From an uncultured Candidatus Saccharibacteria bacterium (GTDB taxonomy: Bacteria; Patescibacteriota; Minisyncoccia; Phycocordibacterales; UBA918), in the NCBI GenBank assembly GCA_964624165.1, contig CAZUWG010000001.1:41296-96052 (forward strand): DNA of 54,757 bases, read 5' to 3'. Position 1 is the first letter of the stretch, and every line of letters starts with the position of its first letter. The notes beneath the pieces were generated by a model, which was given only the letters and a program-made list of their open reading frames with translations, made no database searches and had not been told where the DNA came from. Of the stretch, positions 1 through 8,880 are shown in pieces. The position numbers and the translations under genes were made by a program.

Positions 1-21
1 GGCGCGGCCACAGGCCGCGCC
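1..21. terminator. GC-rich hairpin at window edge (GGCGCGGCC-aca-GGCCGCGCC)
   Basis: 9-bp perfect stem with 3-nt loop, followed by T-rich gcttcacttttc. Probably the terminator of an off-window gene. Confidence 0.35.
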
Positions 22-63
22 GCTTCACTTTTCATTCAACTCACGTTACAGTGATACTACGTT

Positions 64-1047
64 ATGGAACACAATGAAGAAAAATTACAGGTATTTAAGG
101 AACATCAGAAAACACAGTTTTTGATGACGCAGTATGAACTGACTCTCGCCAAGCTCCAAGAAGCTCGCGTGCTCGCTGAGAGTGATCCAGAAATGGCTGA
201 ACTTGCCAAAGAAGAAATCGAGACTCTTGAAGAGAGTCTAGTATCTCAGTTTGAAGAGATGGATCGTATTATTGAGTCGAGCAAAGAAGAGGATGCGAAG
301 CCGTATGGTGTAGTGCTCGAAGTCCGAGCTGGCGCCGGGGGCGATGAAGCGGCACTTTTTGCTGAGGAGCTAGCGCATATGTATTTAAAATTTGCTGAAA
401 AAAACTCCTGGCCAGCTGCAAAAATGTCAGACTCACTAGCCACCGGTGGAGGTTATAAAGAGGCGACATTTGATATTATCGGAGCAGATGTTTATGACGC
501 GTTACGTTTTGAGACGGGAGTACATCGTGTCCAGCGAGTACCAGTGACTGAAAAGCAGGGGAGAATTCATACCTCGACTGCCTCTGTCGCAGTGCTTCCT
601 ATGCGGAAAAAGCCGAGTATTGAAATTAACGAGTCTGATATCGATATGGAGTTTTCTCGCTCAGGTGGTGCTGGTGGACAGAATGTGAATAAAGTAGAGA
701 CAGCTGTGCGTCTCGTGCACCGTCCGACTGGTATCGACGTGCGCTCTCAAAGTGAACGTTCACAGCTTAAAAATCGTGAAAAAGCGATGTCGCTTTTAAT
801 CGCCAAACTTGAAACTTTGCATCAAGAGGAAGAAGCAAAAAAACACGCCGAGACACGCAAGAAACAGATTGGCACCGGTGACCGTAGCGAAAAGATTCGT
901 ACGTACAACTTTCCTCAAAACCGCATTACTGATCACCGGATTAAAGAATCATGGCACACGATTGAGCAGACACTCGGGAATGGTGATTTGTTTGAGATTG
1001 TCGCAGCGATGCAGGCAGCCGAGAAAGCGCTCGATAGTGAAGAGTAG
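64..1047 (+). CDS. prfA: peptide chain release factor 1
   Basis: GGQ motif ([18 protein letters not shown]). RF1-type PxT tripeptide (RVPVTE) in HRVQRVP context. 327 aa. Confidence 0.95.
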   Translation: MEHNEEKLQVFKEHQKTQFLMTQYELTLAKLQEARVLAESDPEMAELAKEEIETLEESLVSQFEEMDRIIESSKEEDAKPYGVVLEVRAGAGGDEAALFAEELAHMYLKFAEKNSWPAAKMSDSLATGGGYKEATFDIIGADVYDALRFETGVHRVQRVPVTEKQGRIHTSTASVAVLPMRKKPSIEINESDIDMEFSRSGGAGGQNVNKVETAVRLVHRPTGIDVRSQSERSQLKNREKAMSLLIAKLETLHQEEEAKKHAETRKKQIGTGDRSEKIRTYNFPQNRITDHRIKESWHTIEQTLGNGDLFEIVAAMQAAEKALDSEE

Positions 1048-1062
1048 GAATTTGATATTCTA

Positions 1063-1091
1063 TTGCAACAGCACTTTCTTCGTGGTAGTAT
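1063..1091 (+). promoter_or_regulatory. sigma70-like promoter for rpsB-tsf (TTGCAA-N17-TAGTAT, TGg upstream of -10)
   Basis: Hexamers read directly. Leaves a ~145-nt leader containing hairpin GGGAAC...GTTCCC before the rpsB ATG. Confidence 0.4.
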
Positions 1092-1241
1092 GCCGGCACT
1101 GTGCGTAGGGAACAATGGTTATTTACCGTTCCCGCGCAGGTCGCTTTGTACTGTAGGTGCTCGTGTGTTGCCAATTAGATGCAGCCCCTCGATGTCACAT
1201 ATTTTAACTACTAACCCAGTCACTGCGAATAAATAGAATCT

Positions 1242-1997
1242 ATGTCAACAACAGAAAAAAATACTGCTCTTGTCGATACACTTTTCAAGGCCGGAGCACA
1301 CTTTGGTTTTTCAAAGAGTCGTCGTCACCCATCAGTAAAGGAGTTTATCTTTACCAACAAAGACGGTAACGATATTTTTGATCTTGAAAAGACAATCGCG
1401 TCAATTCAAAAAGCGACTGAAGTATTAGAAGAAGCTGGGCGAAATGGCAAGCAAGTCGTCTTTGTCTCAACCAAAGAAGAAACAAAAAAAATCGTTCTAA
1501 AAGAAGCAGAACGTGCCGAAGCACCTTTTGTAGTCAACCGATGGATCGGTGGTATGATGACCAACTACGCAGAAATCCGTAAGCGCATCGCCCGCCTCAA
1601 GCAATTGACTGAAGAAGGGGAAAGTGGAGAGCTCGAACGGAAATATACTAAGCGCGAGCGCGTGGTAATTGGACGTGAAGTAGAGAAGCTTATGTTTAAC
1701 TTCGGCGGTATCAAAATGCTCGACAAAAATCCAGATATGATGGTGGTTGTTGACCCACGTCATGAGGTGATTGCGGTTGAGGAGGCTCGCCAAACTGGTG
1801 TACCGGTGATTGCAATTGCGGGATCTGATACTAATATTGCAGATCTTGAATATCCGATTGTGGTTAATGATGCATTGCAATCAAGCGTCACTTTGATACT
1901 AGCAATCCTAACTGACGCATACATGAAAGGTAAGGCAGAGTATGTACCAAAAAAGCCAGTACGTACTATGAATCGTCGAGTAAACCGCACAGCGTAG
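1242..1997 (+). CDS. rpsB: 30S ribosomal protein S2
   Basis: 251-aa ORF with typical S2 sequence (GAHFGFSKSRRHP, NRWIGGMMTN, VVVDPRHE..AV.EA). Followed by tsf as in most bacteria. Confidence 0.95.
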   Translation: MSTTEKNTALVDTLFKAGAHFGFSKSRRHPSVKEFIFTNKDGNDIFDLEKTIASIQKATEVLEEAGRNGKQVVFVSTKEETKKIVLKEAERAEAPFVVNRWIGGMMTNYAEIRKRIARLKQLTEEGESGELERKYTKRERVVIGREVEKLMFNFGGIKMLDKNPDMMVVVDPRHEVIAVEEARQTGVPVIAIAGSDTNIADLEYPIVVNDALQSSVTLILAILTDAYMKGKAEYVPKKPVRTMNRRVNRTA

Positions 1998-2033
1998 CGA
2001 AGTATTTTAACTAGATAACTTGTACATTGAACT

Positions 2034-2618
2034 ATGGAAATTACATCAGAACACATCAAAGCATTGCGAGACGAAACTGGTATTTCAGTGATGCAGTGTA
2101 AAAAAGCACTTGAAGAAGCTGACGGCGATATGGAGAAGGCTCGCATCATACTCAAGAAGAAGCGTAAAGAAGCAGCTGACAAAAAATCTGACCGTGAGAT
2201 TGGCGCGGGAGCAATCGGCTCATACGTACACAATACAAAAGAAGTGGCGGCAATCGTGAAGCTTGGTTGCGAAACGGACTTTGTAGCAAAAAATGAAGAA
2301 TTTCTGGCACTTGCCAATGATATCGCTATGCATGTGGCGGCTTTAAACCCTGCGTTTCTTACACGGGAAGATGTAGATGAGGCTAAGACTACTGCGGCAA
2401 AAGCTGTATTTCAAGAAGAGGTGGCAGACAAGCCAGCAGAAATGCAAGAAAAAATTCTCGAAGGTAAGCTTGCGGCATATTTTAAAGAACAAATTCTTCT
2501 TGAGCAGCCGTTTATCAAAAATCCAGATATTACCATCGGTGATATGGTGAGCGGAGCTGTACAGAAATTTGGTGAAAATATCACTATCGCGAGTATAAGT
2601 CGTTTGGCAATTAAATAA
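2034..2618 (+). CDS. tsf: elongation factor Ts (short form, 194 aa)
   Basis: N-terminal UBA-like motif (IKALRDETGISVMQCKKALEEADGDMEKA). Conserved rpsB-tsf synteny. Confidence 0.92.
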   Translation: MEITSEHIKALRDETGISVMQCKKALEEADGDMEKARIILKKKRKEAADKKSDREIGAGAIGSYVHNTKEVAAIVKLGCETDFVAKNEEFLALANDIAMHVAALNPAFLTREDVDEAKTTAAKAVFQEEVADKPAEMQEKILEGKLAAYFKEQILLEQPFIKNPDITIGDMVSGAVQKFGENITIASISRLAIK

Positions 2619-2621
2619 TCC

Positions 2622-3038
2622 ATGACGACGGCGATCATTATCGCAGTAATAAGTGGTGGCGTTTTAGCGGCGCTCACGCATCTGTTCAGGCTTGAACAGA
2701 AGCGTGAGCGCCGCTTTCTTATGCCGGTGCGCGCTGTACTCGATCTGGTGGCAGAAAAAATGGCCAGCGCATATAGTACGATGGCGCACTTTTGTGGCAG
2801 TGGGAGACTTTGGCGTTATGGACGCTTCGTAGTACTTTTGTTTGTCGAGGGAGTGTTGTTATTATTGCACCGGCTTGAACAATTTCTCCTTCGGGTGCAT
2901 CGTCGACAAAACAAAACACTGCACACCACAACCGCATTTCGTAATGATGGCCATCTCGGTGAGGTCAGTGCTCATAAACGTGACACTGCACTCTCGCAAG
3001 AAGAGAAGGAGCGTTTGCGTGAAGAAATGTTGGAATAA
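2622..3038 (+). CDS. hypothetical membrane protein (138 aa)
   Basis: Starts 4 nt after the tsf stop. N-terminal TM (AIIIAVISGGVLAAL), second hydrophobic segment, charged C-terminus. No recognisable family. Confidence 0.5.
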   Translation: MTTAIIIAVISGGVLAALTHLFRLEQKRERRFLMPVRAVLDLVAEKMASAYSTMAHFCGSGRLWRYGRFVVLLFVEGVLLLLHRLEQFLLRVHRRQNKTLHTTTAFRNDGHLGEVSAHKRDTALSQEEKERLREEMLE

Positions 3039-3042
3039 ACGC

Positions 3043-3070
3043 TTGCAATTTCGTTAAAAATTGTAATAAT
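3043..3070 (+). promoter_or_regulatory. promoter for tRNA-Thr (TTGCAA-N16-AATAAT with TGt extension)
   Basis: Hexamers read directly. Lies ~30 nt upstream of the tRNA 5' end. Confidence 0.4.
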
Positions 3071-3101
3071 GTCGTCACTCTCGTGGTCTAGAACCCTCAG
3101 A

Positions 3102-3174
3102 GCCACCTTAGCTCAGTTGGTAGAGCAACGGATTTGTAACCCGTAGGTCGTCAGTTCGACTCTGACAGGTGGCT
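3102..3174 (+). tRNA. tRNA-Thr (anticodon UGU), no encoded CCA
   Basis: Hand-folded cloverleaf: acceptor GCCACCT/AGGTGGC, D arm GCTC-AGTTGGTA-GAGC, anticodon loop TT-TGT-AA, T arm GTCAG-TTCGACT-CTGAC, discriminator T. Confidence 0.9.
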
Positions 3175-3289
3175 CTGAGGGTTTTATATACGGTCCTATA
3201 AATACCAGTAGTTGAGCATCCGGGCTACTTTTACGTTTTTGCGCCTTTTATTTCTCTTAAGATTGGCTATACTTTAACTACACGTCACT

Positions 3290-4855
3290 ATGTCTAAAGA
3301 AGCGCCCGCAACAGTAAACTTACTTCCGTACGCCCGTCGTGACGACTTTCATGTCGGCCGAGCCACCAATCTCACTGGGAGCGATCGAAGGTTTTATCGC
3401 TTTCTAGAAATTATTCCCGGAGTGGCTTCTTGGCTAACGCTCATTGGGATGGCACTTGCCTCCATCTTCGCGCCTTTTTTTGCCGCCTATTTCATTATTG
3501 GTTTTGCGGTCTATTGGGTATTGAAGACAGCATTTCTGTCTTGGCACCTTCGCTACAACTGGAAGCGATTGCGTCATCATATGAAGGTTGACTGGGCGGT
3601 AATGGTCGAGCGTTTTTCATTTGAACATATTCACCATGTGATTATTTTACCGTTCTATAAAGAGCCAGAAGAAATTATCGATGCGACCATTTCATCTCTG
3701 GCGGCGGCTCGGTACGATAAAAAATCTTTGATTGTAGTATTGGCAGCCGAAGAGCGCGCGGGTGAAGAAGCTCAGACGTTGGCAAAGCGTATGAAAGAAA
3801 AGTGGGGAGACACCTTCGGATATTTTCTTATTACGACCCACCCAGGCGATATTGCGGGTGAGGTGGCGGGCAAAGGCTCAAATGCTACCTGGGCGGCTGA
3901 GAAAGTCCGCACGAACGTACTTGATCCTCACGGCATACGCTACAACCATGTCCTGGTGTCTATTTTTGATATCGACACTGTTATTTACCCAGATTACTTC
4001 AATTGTCTCATTTGGCATTTTATGACGGCTGCACATCCTCTGAAGACTTCTTTTCAGCCAGTGCCAATTTTTAATAATAATATTTGGGACGCTCCAGCAG
4101 TGGCTCGTGTAGTAGCGATGAGTAGTACTTTTTGGGAAATGGTGCAGCAGGAGCGCCCCGAACGCATGGCGACATTTTCTTCTCACTCGGTGTCATTTCA
4201 AGCGCTCTATGAGGTAGGATATTGGCAAACCAATATGGTAAGTGAGGACTCGCGTATCTTTTGGAACCTCCTCATTGCCAACAACGGCAATTACCATGTC
4301 ATTCCTCTTTCATATCCAGTATCAATGGACGCGAACGCCGCCCCAACGCTGTGGGGAACCGTAAAAAATGTCTACAAACAACATCGCCGCTGGACGTATG
4401 GTGTTGAAAACTTTTGTTACATCATTTTTCACTTTACAAAAAACAAACAGATTCCACTGGGGCGACGGATCAAGATTGGTTTTCAGCAGGCGGAGGGATA
4501 TTGGTCTTTGGTTACCAATCCAATCATGTTGTTTATTTTGGGATGGGCGCCCATCTTCTTTGGTTCTCCCGAATTTCATCAAACCGTACTTTCGTACAAT
4601 CTGCCTATATTAGTGCGCGACCTTCTGATGTTGGCGATGTTTGGGTTGGTGATCTCTTCGATTATCTCACTTACACTGCTACCGCCTAGACCAGATCATC
4701 GTAGCCGGTTTACCTACATAGTACTTGCGTTACAATGGATATTAGTTCCATTCACTATGATCGTCTTCAGCGCGTTGCCAGGCCTTGATGCCCAGACGCG
4801 GCTGATGTTTGGAAAGTATATGGGTTTCTGGGTAACACCTAAAAATCGAACGTAA
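3290..4855 (+). CDS. membrane-embedded family-2 glycosyltransferase, processive synthase type
   Basis: Multiple TM segments at both ends. DxD-like SIFDIDT and Q(Q/R)xRW-type motif QHRRW (4379-4393), typical of cellulose/chitin/hyaluronan-synthase-like GT2 enzymes. Confidence 0.8.
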   Translation: MSKEAPATVNLLPYARRDDFHVGRATNLTGSDRRFYRFLEIIPGVASWLTLIGMALASIFAPFFAAYFIIGFAVYWVLKTAFLSWHLRYNWKRLRHHMKVDWAVMVERFSFEHIHHVIILPFYKEPEEIIDATISSLAAARYDKKSLIVVLAAEERAGEEAQTLAKRMKEKWGDTFGYFLITTHPGDIAGEVAGKGSNATWAAEKVRTNVLDPHGIRYNHVLVSIFDIDTVIYPDYFNCLIWHFMTAAHPLKTSFQPVPIFNNNIWDAPAVARVVAMSSTFWEMVQQERPERMATFSSHSVSFQALYEVGYWQTNMVSEDSRIFWNLLIANNGNYHVIPLSYPVSMDANAAPTLWGTVKNVYKQHRRWTYGVENFCYIIFHFTKNKQIPLGRRIKIGFQQAEGYWSLVTNPIMLFILGWAPIFFGSPEFHQTVLSYNLPILVRDLLMLAMFGLVISSIISLTLLPPRPDHRSRFTYIVLALQWILVPFTMIVFSALPGLDAQTRLMFGKYMGFWVTPKNRT

Positions 4856-4858
4856 TTT

Positions 4859-5983
4859 ATGCCACAAGAACCGCAAGTCCAACCACTTTCATATCAAGCA
4901 CGTTCAAGATTTTTCTTGGGGGTAGCGGCCATCTTTGTGTTGGCTGTACCATTTTTGATTTTTTATGCGATTGGATACCGTTTTGACTTCTCAGATGAGC
5001 TGACCAATATTACGAGTGTGGGTGGGATGTTTGTCAGTAGTGATCTGGATCAAGTGACGATGTATATCGATGACAGTTTGGTGACTGATATGAGATTTTT
5101 TCAGACTGCCGCCTATATCCAAAACCTGAAAGAAGGCATGCATAAAATTGTCGTTCAAGCTGACGGCACACAAGTATGGGTAAAGGAGCTTCCGGTCTTT
5201 CCTCATATTGTGACTGAAGTACATAGCTTCAATATGCCTGCAACCACCACAATCCGTATCATTCCAAGACGTCTCAGCAATGGGGCTCCAACGGTGTCTA
5301 AGGATGCCAAGGCGTTGTTTATGGAGCGTGAGGTGGTAGTGCAAAATGCCATCACTAGCACCACTACCGCCTCAGTGCTAACAGAAAATCCAGAATGGGT
5401 CTATCTCAATAAATTATTTACAGCGACATCTACTAACCCGACTGCTGAGAGCGGATTTCTTTTTGCAAGTGCAACCGAGCAAGCGACAAACACCGCTACA
5501 ACAGCTACTACAACGCTGCGATTTGATACTACTGAATTATTCGAGAAGGATAATGCAGTGTTTGCGCGGTTTTTTGGTCCGGCTGATCGAGTGCCTCATT
5601 ATTTCTGCGTTCGTCCAGAGAATGCTTCAAGCACCGAAGCTTACTATGGGACACATGTCAGAGAGGCTATTTTTTCTGAAAGCGGCACACTAAAAAAAGA
5701 TATTTTTGAACAAAATGGTCGCTATTGCCGACGAGAAATTAAGATCGATAACCTACGCCAAGAAGTGATTGCTTTTAGTTTTATGCCAGATAGTCGCGAC
5801 CATGTTTTGATGCATTTAAGTGACGGCCTCTATGTCGTGGAGATAGATGATCGAGCGTGGCAAAATACCCAGCGTATTTATACGGGCACTGACTTCAAAA
5901 TGATGGTTGACGGTCGTCAGATATTCATTATGGAAGACAAAGTATTCTTTGAACTGGCGACCACAGTAGTAGTACAAAATTAG
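4859..5983 (+). CDS. hypothetical membrane-anchored protein, PEGA-like segment
   Basis: Start 3 nt after the GT2 stop. One N-terminal TM (FFLGVAAIFVLAVPFLIFYAIGY). LKEGMHKIVVQADG resembles a PEGA motif. The rest is unrecognised. Confidence 0.6.
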   Translation: MPQEPQVQPLSYQARSRFFLGVAAIFVLAVPFLIFYAIGYRFDFSDELTNITSVGGMFVSSDLDQVTMYIDDSLVTDMRFFQTAAYIQNLKEGMHKIVVQADGTQVWVKELPVFPHIVTEVHSFNMPATTTIRIIPRRLSNGAPTVSKDAKALFMEREVVVQNAITSTTTASVLTENPEWVYLNKLFTATSTNPTAESGFLFASATEQATNTATTATTTLRFDTTELFEKDNAVFARFFGPADRVPHYFCVRPENASSTEAYYGTHVREAIFSESGTLKKDIFEQNGRYCRREIKIDNLRQEVIAFSFMPDSRDHVLMHLSDGLYVVEIDDRAWQNTQRIYTGTDFKMMVDGRQIFIMEDKVFFELATTVVVQN

Positions 5984-6007
5984 AAGACAAGAGTATTTTC
6001 TGTTAGT

Positions 6008-6733
6008 ATGCAAGGTATGCAAGAAGGACATCAACACCCGCTGACCCAAATGATCGCTGAAATAAATGGTATTTTTTCTGAGCTCGGCTTTGTCTTTGCG
6101 GAAGGGCCAGAAGCCGAGACCGCCGCCTACAACTTCGACAAGCTCAATGTCCCTGATGATCATCCGGCACGTGATATGCAAGACACTTTCTGGTTTCGTT
6201 CTGATGATGTAAACGCGCCGACCGTGCTTCGCACCCAGACCTCTCCCGTACAGGTACGCTATCTTGAAGCACACGGCGCGCCAGCGCGCATCATTGTGCC
6301 AGGTAAAGTCTTTAGAAACGAAGCGACAGATGCCACACACGAAGCGCAGTTTTATCAGCTGGAAGGCTTGTATGTCGATAAGGGAGTGCATATGGGGCAT
6401 CTCAAAGGTACGCTCGAGTTTTTCTTTGAGAGATTTTTCGGCGGAAAAACGGAAGTGAGGTTTCGCCCAAGTTTCTTCCCATTTGTTGAGCCTGGAGTTG
6501 AAGTAGATATGAAACTTTTAGAAAGTGAGAGTAAGCTGGCCGGAAAGTGGATTGAGATTATGGGGGCTGGAATGGTGCATCCACAAGTGCTCAAGAATGC
6601 CGGCATTGATCCTGAAGTATATTCTGGATTTGCGTTCGGTATGGGGATCGACCGCTTGGCGATTATGAAGTATGGTATCGATGATATCCGGCACCTGTAC
6701 ACTGGTGACCTGCGGTTTGTCAATCAATTTTAG
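6008..6733 (+). CDS. pheS: phenylalanine--tRNA ligase alpha subunit, catalytic core only (241 aa)
   Basis: Class II motifs (HPARDMQDTFW, FRPSFFPFVEPGVEVD, GAGMVHPQVL, GFAFGMGIDRLAM). No room upstream for the usual N-terminal coiled coil, since the previous CDS ends at 5983. Confidence 0.9.
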   Translation: MQGMQEGHQHPLTQMIAEINGIFSELGFVFAEGPEAETAAYNFDKLNVPDDHPARDMQDTFWFRSDDVNAPTVLRTQTSPVQVRYLEAHGAPARIIVPGKVFRNEATDATHEAQFYQLEGLYVDKGVHMGHLKGTLEFFFERFFGGKTEVRFRPSFFPFVEPGVEVDMKLLESESKLAGKWIEIMGAGMVHPQVLKNAGIDPEVYSGFAFGMGIDRLAIMKYGIDDIRHLYTGDLRFVNQF

Positions 6734-6738
6734 TCTGT

Positions 6739-8676
6739 ATGATCGTTTCTTATAATTGGTTAAAAGAATATGTAGGGAGTGATTTACCGAGCCCGCAGGC
6801 GGTTGCGGATCTTTTGACGTTTCATAGTTTTGAAATTGAATCAGTGGAAGAAAAAGATACCGACACCTTGATTGACGTCGATGTGTTGCCAAATCGGGCT
6901 TCCGACTGCCTCTGTCAACGCGGGATCGCTCGCGAGCTGGCTACACTTTTAGATAAAGAATTGGTCAATGATCCACTGACAGTGGAAGTCATGCAGAAAA
7001 AAACCGACGCTATCTCGGTCACTATTGAAGATAAGGAAGCTTGTCCTCGCTTCACGCTTTCACTGATTGAAGGAGTTACGGTCGGGCCCTCCCCACAATG
7101 GCTCGTTGAACGACTCTCGTCACTAGGGGTGCGGAGTATCAACAATCTGGTCGATGCGACGAATTACGTTATGTACGCGATTGGTCAGCCGACACATGTC
7201 TATGACGCGGATGCCTTTCCCAAAACAAAAGATAAAAAGTACGGCGTCGCCATTCGATCGGCTCGCGAAGGGGAAGAAGTGGCACTTTTGGCGGAAAGCA
7301 ACAAAGAAGGTGAACGCACCCTTGTCCTTAAGGGAGGGGAACTGCTTGTGGTCAATGAAGCGACCGATGTGGCTGTTGGTCTGGCTGGTGTCAAAGGTGG
7401 CACGTATGCGGAGGTGACTGCAGACACAAAAAATATTCTCGTCGAAGCGGCGCATTTTAATCCATCATTGACTCGACGTACGGCGCGCGGTCTAGGGATC
7501 GTGATTGACGCGAGCAAACGTTTTGAAAATGAGCCAGCCCGCGCCTTACCTGGTTATGCGCAAGCGGAACTCTGTGAGCTCATTGTGTCTATTGCGGGCG
7601 GTAAGTACATGGGTACTGTCGATGAATTTCCTTTTCCGTCTGTACCAAAAGAAGTAGTGGTACGACCAGAAAAAGCTCAGGCCCTTTTGGGAGTAGACCT
7701 TACTTTAGAAGACATGACAGCGCTTCTCTTGCGTACGGGAAGTAGTGTCAAAGAGAAAGATGGTACGCTGGTTTGCACTTCGCCGTTTGAGCGGACGGAT
7801 CTTTTGATAGAGGAAGATTTTATTGAAGAAATTGGACGCATTTATGGTTATGATAAGGTAACGAGCGTTGTACCAAAGCAAGTGCCGCTGCAGGCAATCA
7901 ATCAGCGTCATTACTACAGTGAGCGAGTGCGGCAGCTGCTCATAAAAGAGGGATTTTCTGAAGTCATTACATCCTCATTTCGTAAGAAGGATATGTTGCG
8001 GCTTCAAAACGCACTGGCTTCAGATAAAGGTTGTTTGCGCTCATCCTTGACCAAAAATCTGACCGAAGTGCTAGACAAAAACGCTGGCTTTGTAGATCTG
8101 TTAGGTGCTCATGACACGCGTGTGTTTGAGATTGGTACGGTCTTTGCTCCTGGAGATGGGGTAATAGTGGAGCATACAGCGCTCGCTCTTGGCGTGCGTC
8201 TCAATCAGGCAGGGTATTCTGGTAAGGAAGATAAGGTCCTTAAGGCGGTACTTAGTTTGCTTGAGGAAGCACTGGGTGCAACTCCCGTGTGGTCTATTGA
8301 GAAGGGGGTGGCTGAGATCAACTTCGATGCCCTTATTTTTGAGCTCCCTATAATGACACAGTATGAAGTGGTGGAAGTGGGCGAGGCGGTGAAATACGAG
8401 CCATTTTCTGTGTATCAAGCGATGACGCGTGATATTGCAATGTGGGTGCCAGAGCATACAAAAAAGGACGCGATTGAAACGGTGCTTAAAAAACACGCCG
8501 GTACACTTTGTGTGCGTATCACGCATGTCGATGAATTTAAAAAAGACGGGCGAGTGAGCCAGGCTTTTCGACTAGTCTTTCAGGCACCCGATCGAACGCT
8601 CACCGATGAAGAGGTGAATGCAGTGATGGAGGCGGTGTACGCTGCAGTCGCGAAAGAGGGTTGGGAAGTGCGGTAG
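6739..8676 (+). CDS. pheT: phenylalanine--tRNA ligase beta subunit (645 aa)
   Basis: N-terminus MIVSYNWLKEYV, B3/4 and B5 regions, C-terminal FDX-ACB-like domain. pheS-pheT synteny. The OB-fold tRNA-binding insert appears absent. Confidence 0.92.
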   Translation: MIVSYNWLKEYVGSDLPSPQAVADLLTFHSFEIESVEEKDTDTLIDVDVLPNRASDCLCQRGIARELATLLDKELVNDPLTVEVMQKKTDAISVTIEDKEACPRFTLSLIEGVTVGPSPQWLVERLSSLGVRSINNLVDATNYVMYAIGQPTHVYDADAFPKTKDKKYGVAIRSAREGEEVALLAESNKEGERTLVLKGGELLVVNEATDVAVGLAGVKGGTYAEVTADTKNILVEAAHFNPSLTRRTARGLGIVIDASKRFENEPARALPGYAQAELCELIVSIAGGKYMGTVDEFPFPSVPKEVVVRPEKAQALLGVDLTLEDMTALLLRTGSSVKEKDGTLVCTSPFERTDLLIEEDFIEEIGRIYGYDKVTSVVPKQVPLQAINQRHYYSERVRQLLIKEGFSEVITSSFRKKDMLRLQNALASDKGCLRSSLTKNLTEVLDKNAGFVDLLGAHDTRVFEIGTVFAPGDGVIVEHTALALGVRLNQAGYSGKEDKVLKAVLSLLEEALGATPVWSIEKGVAEINFDALIFELPIMTQYEVVEVGEAVKYEPFSVYQAMTRDIAMWVPEHTKKDAIETVLKKHAGTLCVRITHVDEFKKDGRVSQAFRLVFQAPDRTLTDEEVNAVMEAVYAAVAKEGWEVR

Positions 8677-8701
8677 CTAGTGTTGGCGTTGGGTAAAATA
8701 G

Positions 8702-8745
8702 AGGCCGGTGGCAAGCATGCGTGCACGCATGCTTGCCACCGGCCT
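8702..8745 (+). terminator. 44-nt perfect palindrome (20-bp stem, loop tgca) after pheT
   Basis: AGGCCGGTGGCAAGCATGCG-tgca-CGCATGCTTGCCACCGGCCT followed by ttgc. Confidence 0.6.
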
Positions 8746-8833
8746 TTGCTAATATCGCACGAAATGCCGTACGGCGTCTGCTAAATACCGACTAATCATT
8801 TTTTCAAGTTGAGGCGACGACATAAGTAAAAAA

Positions 8834-8842
8834 TGCTATACT
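8834..8842 (+). promoter_or_regulatory. extended -10 element (TGcTATACT) upstream of gyrB
   Basis: Read directly. Lies 38 nt upstream of the ATG. No good -35. Confidence 0.35.
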
Positions 8843-8880
8843 AGGACATATTTTAGTCATAACGAGCAAGAAGGAATTAC

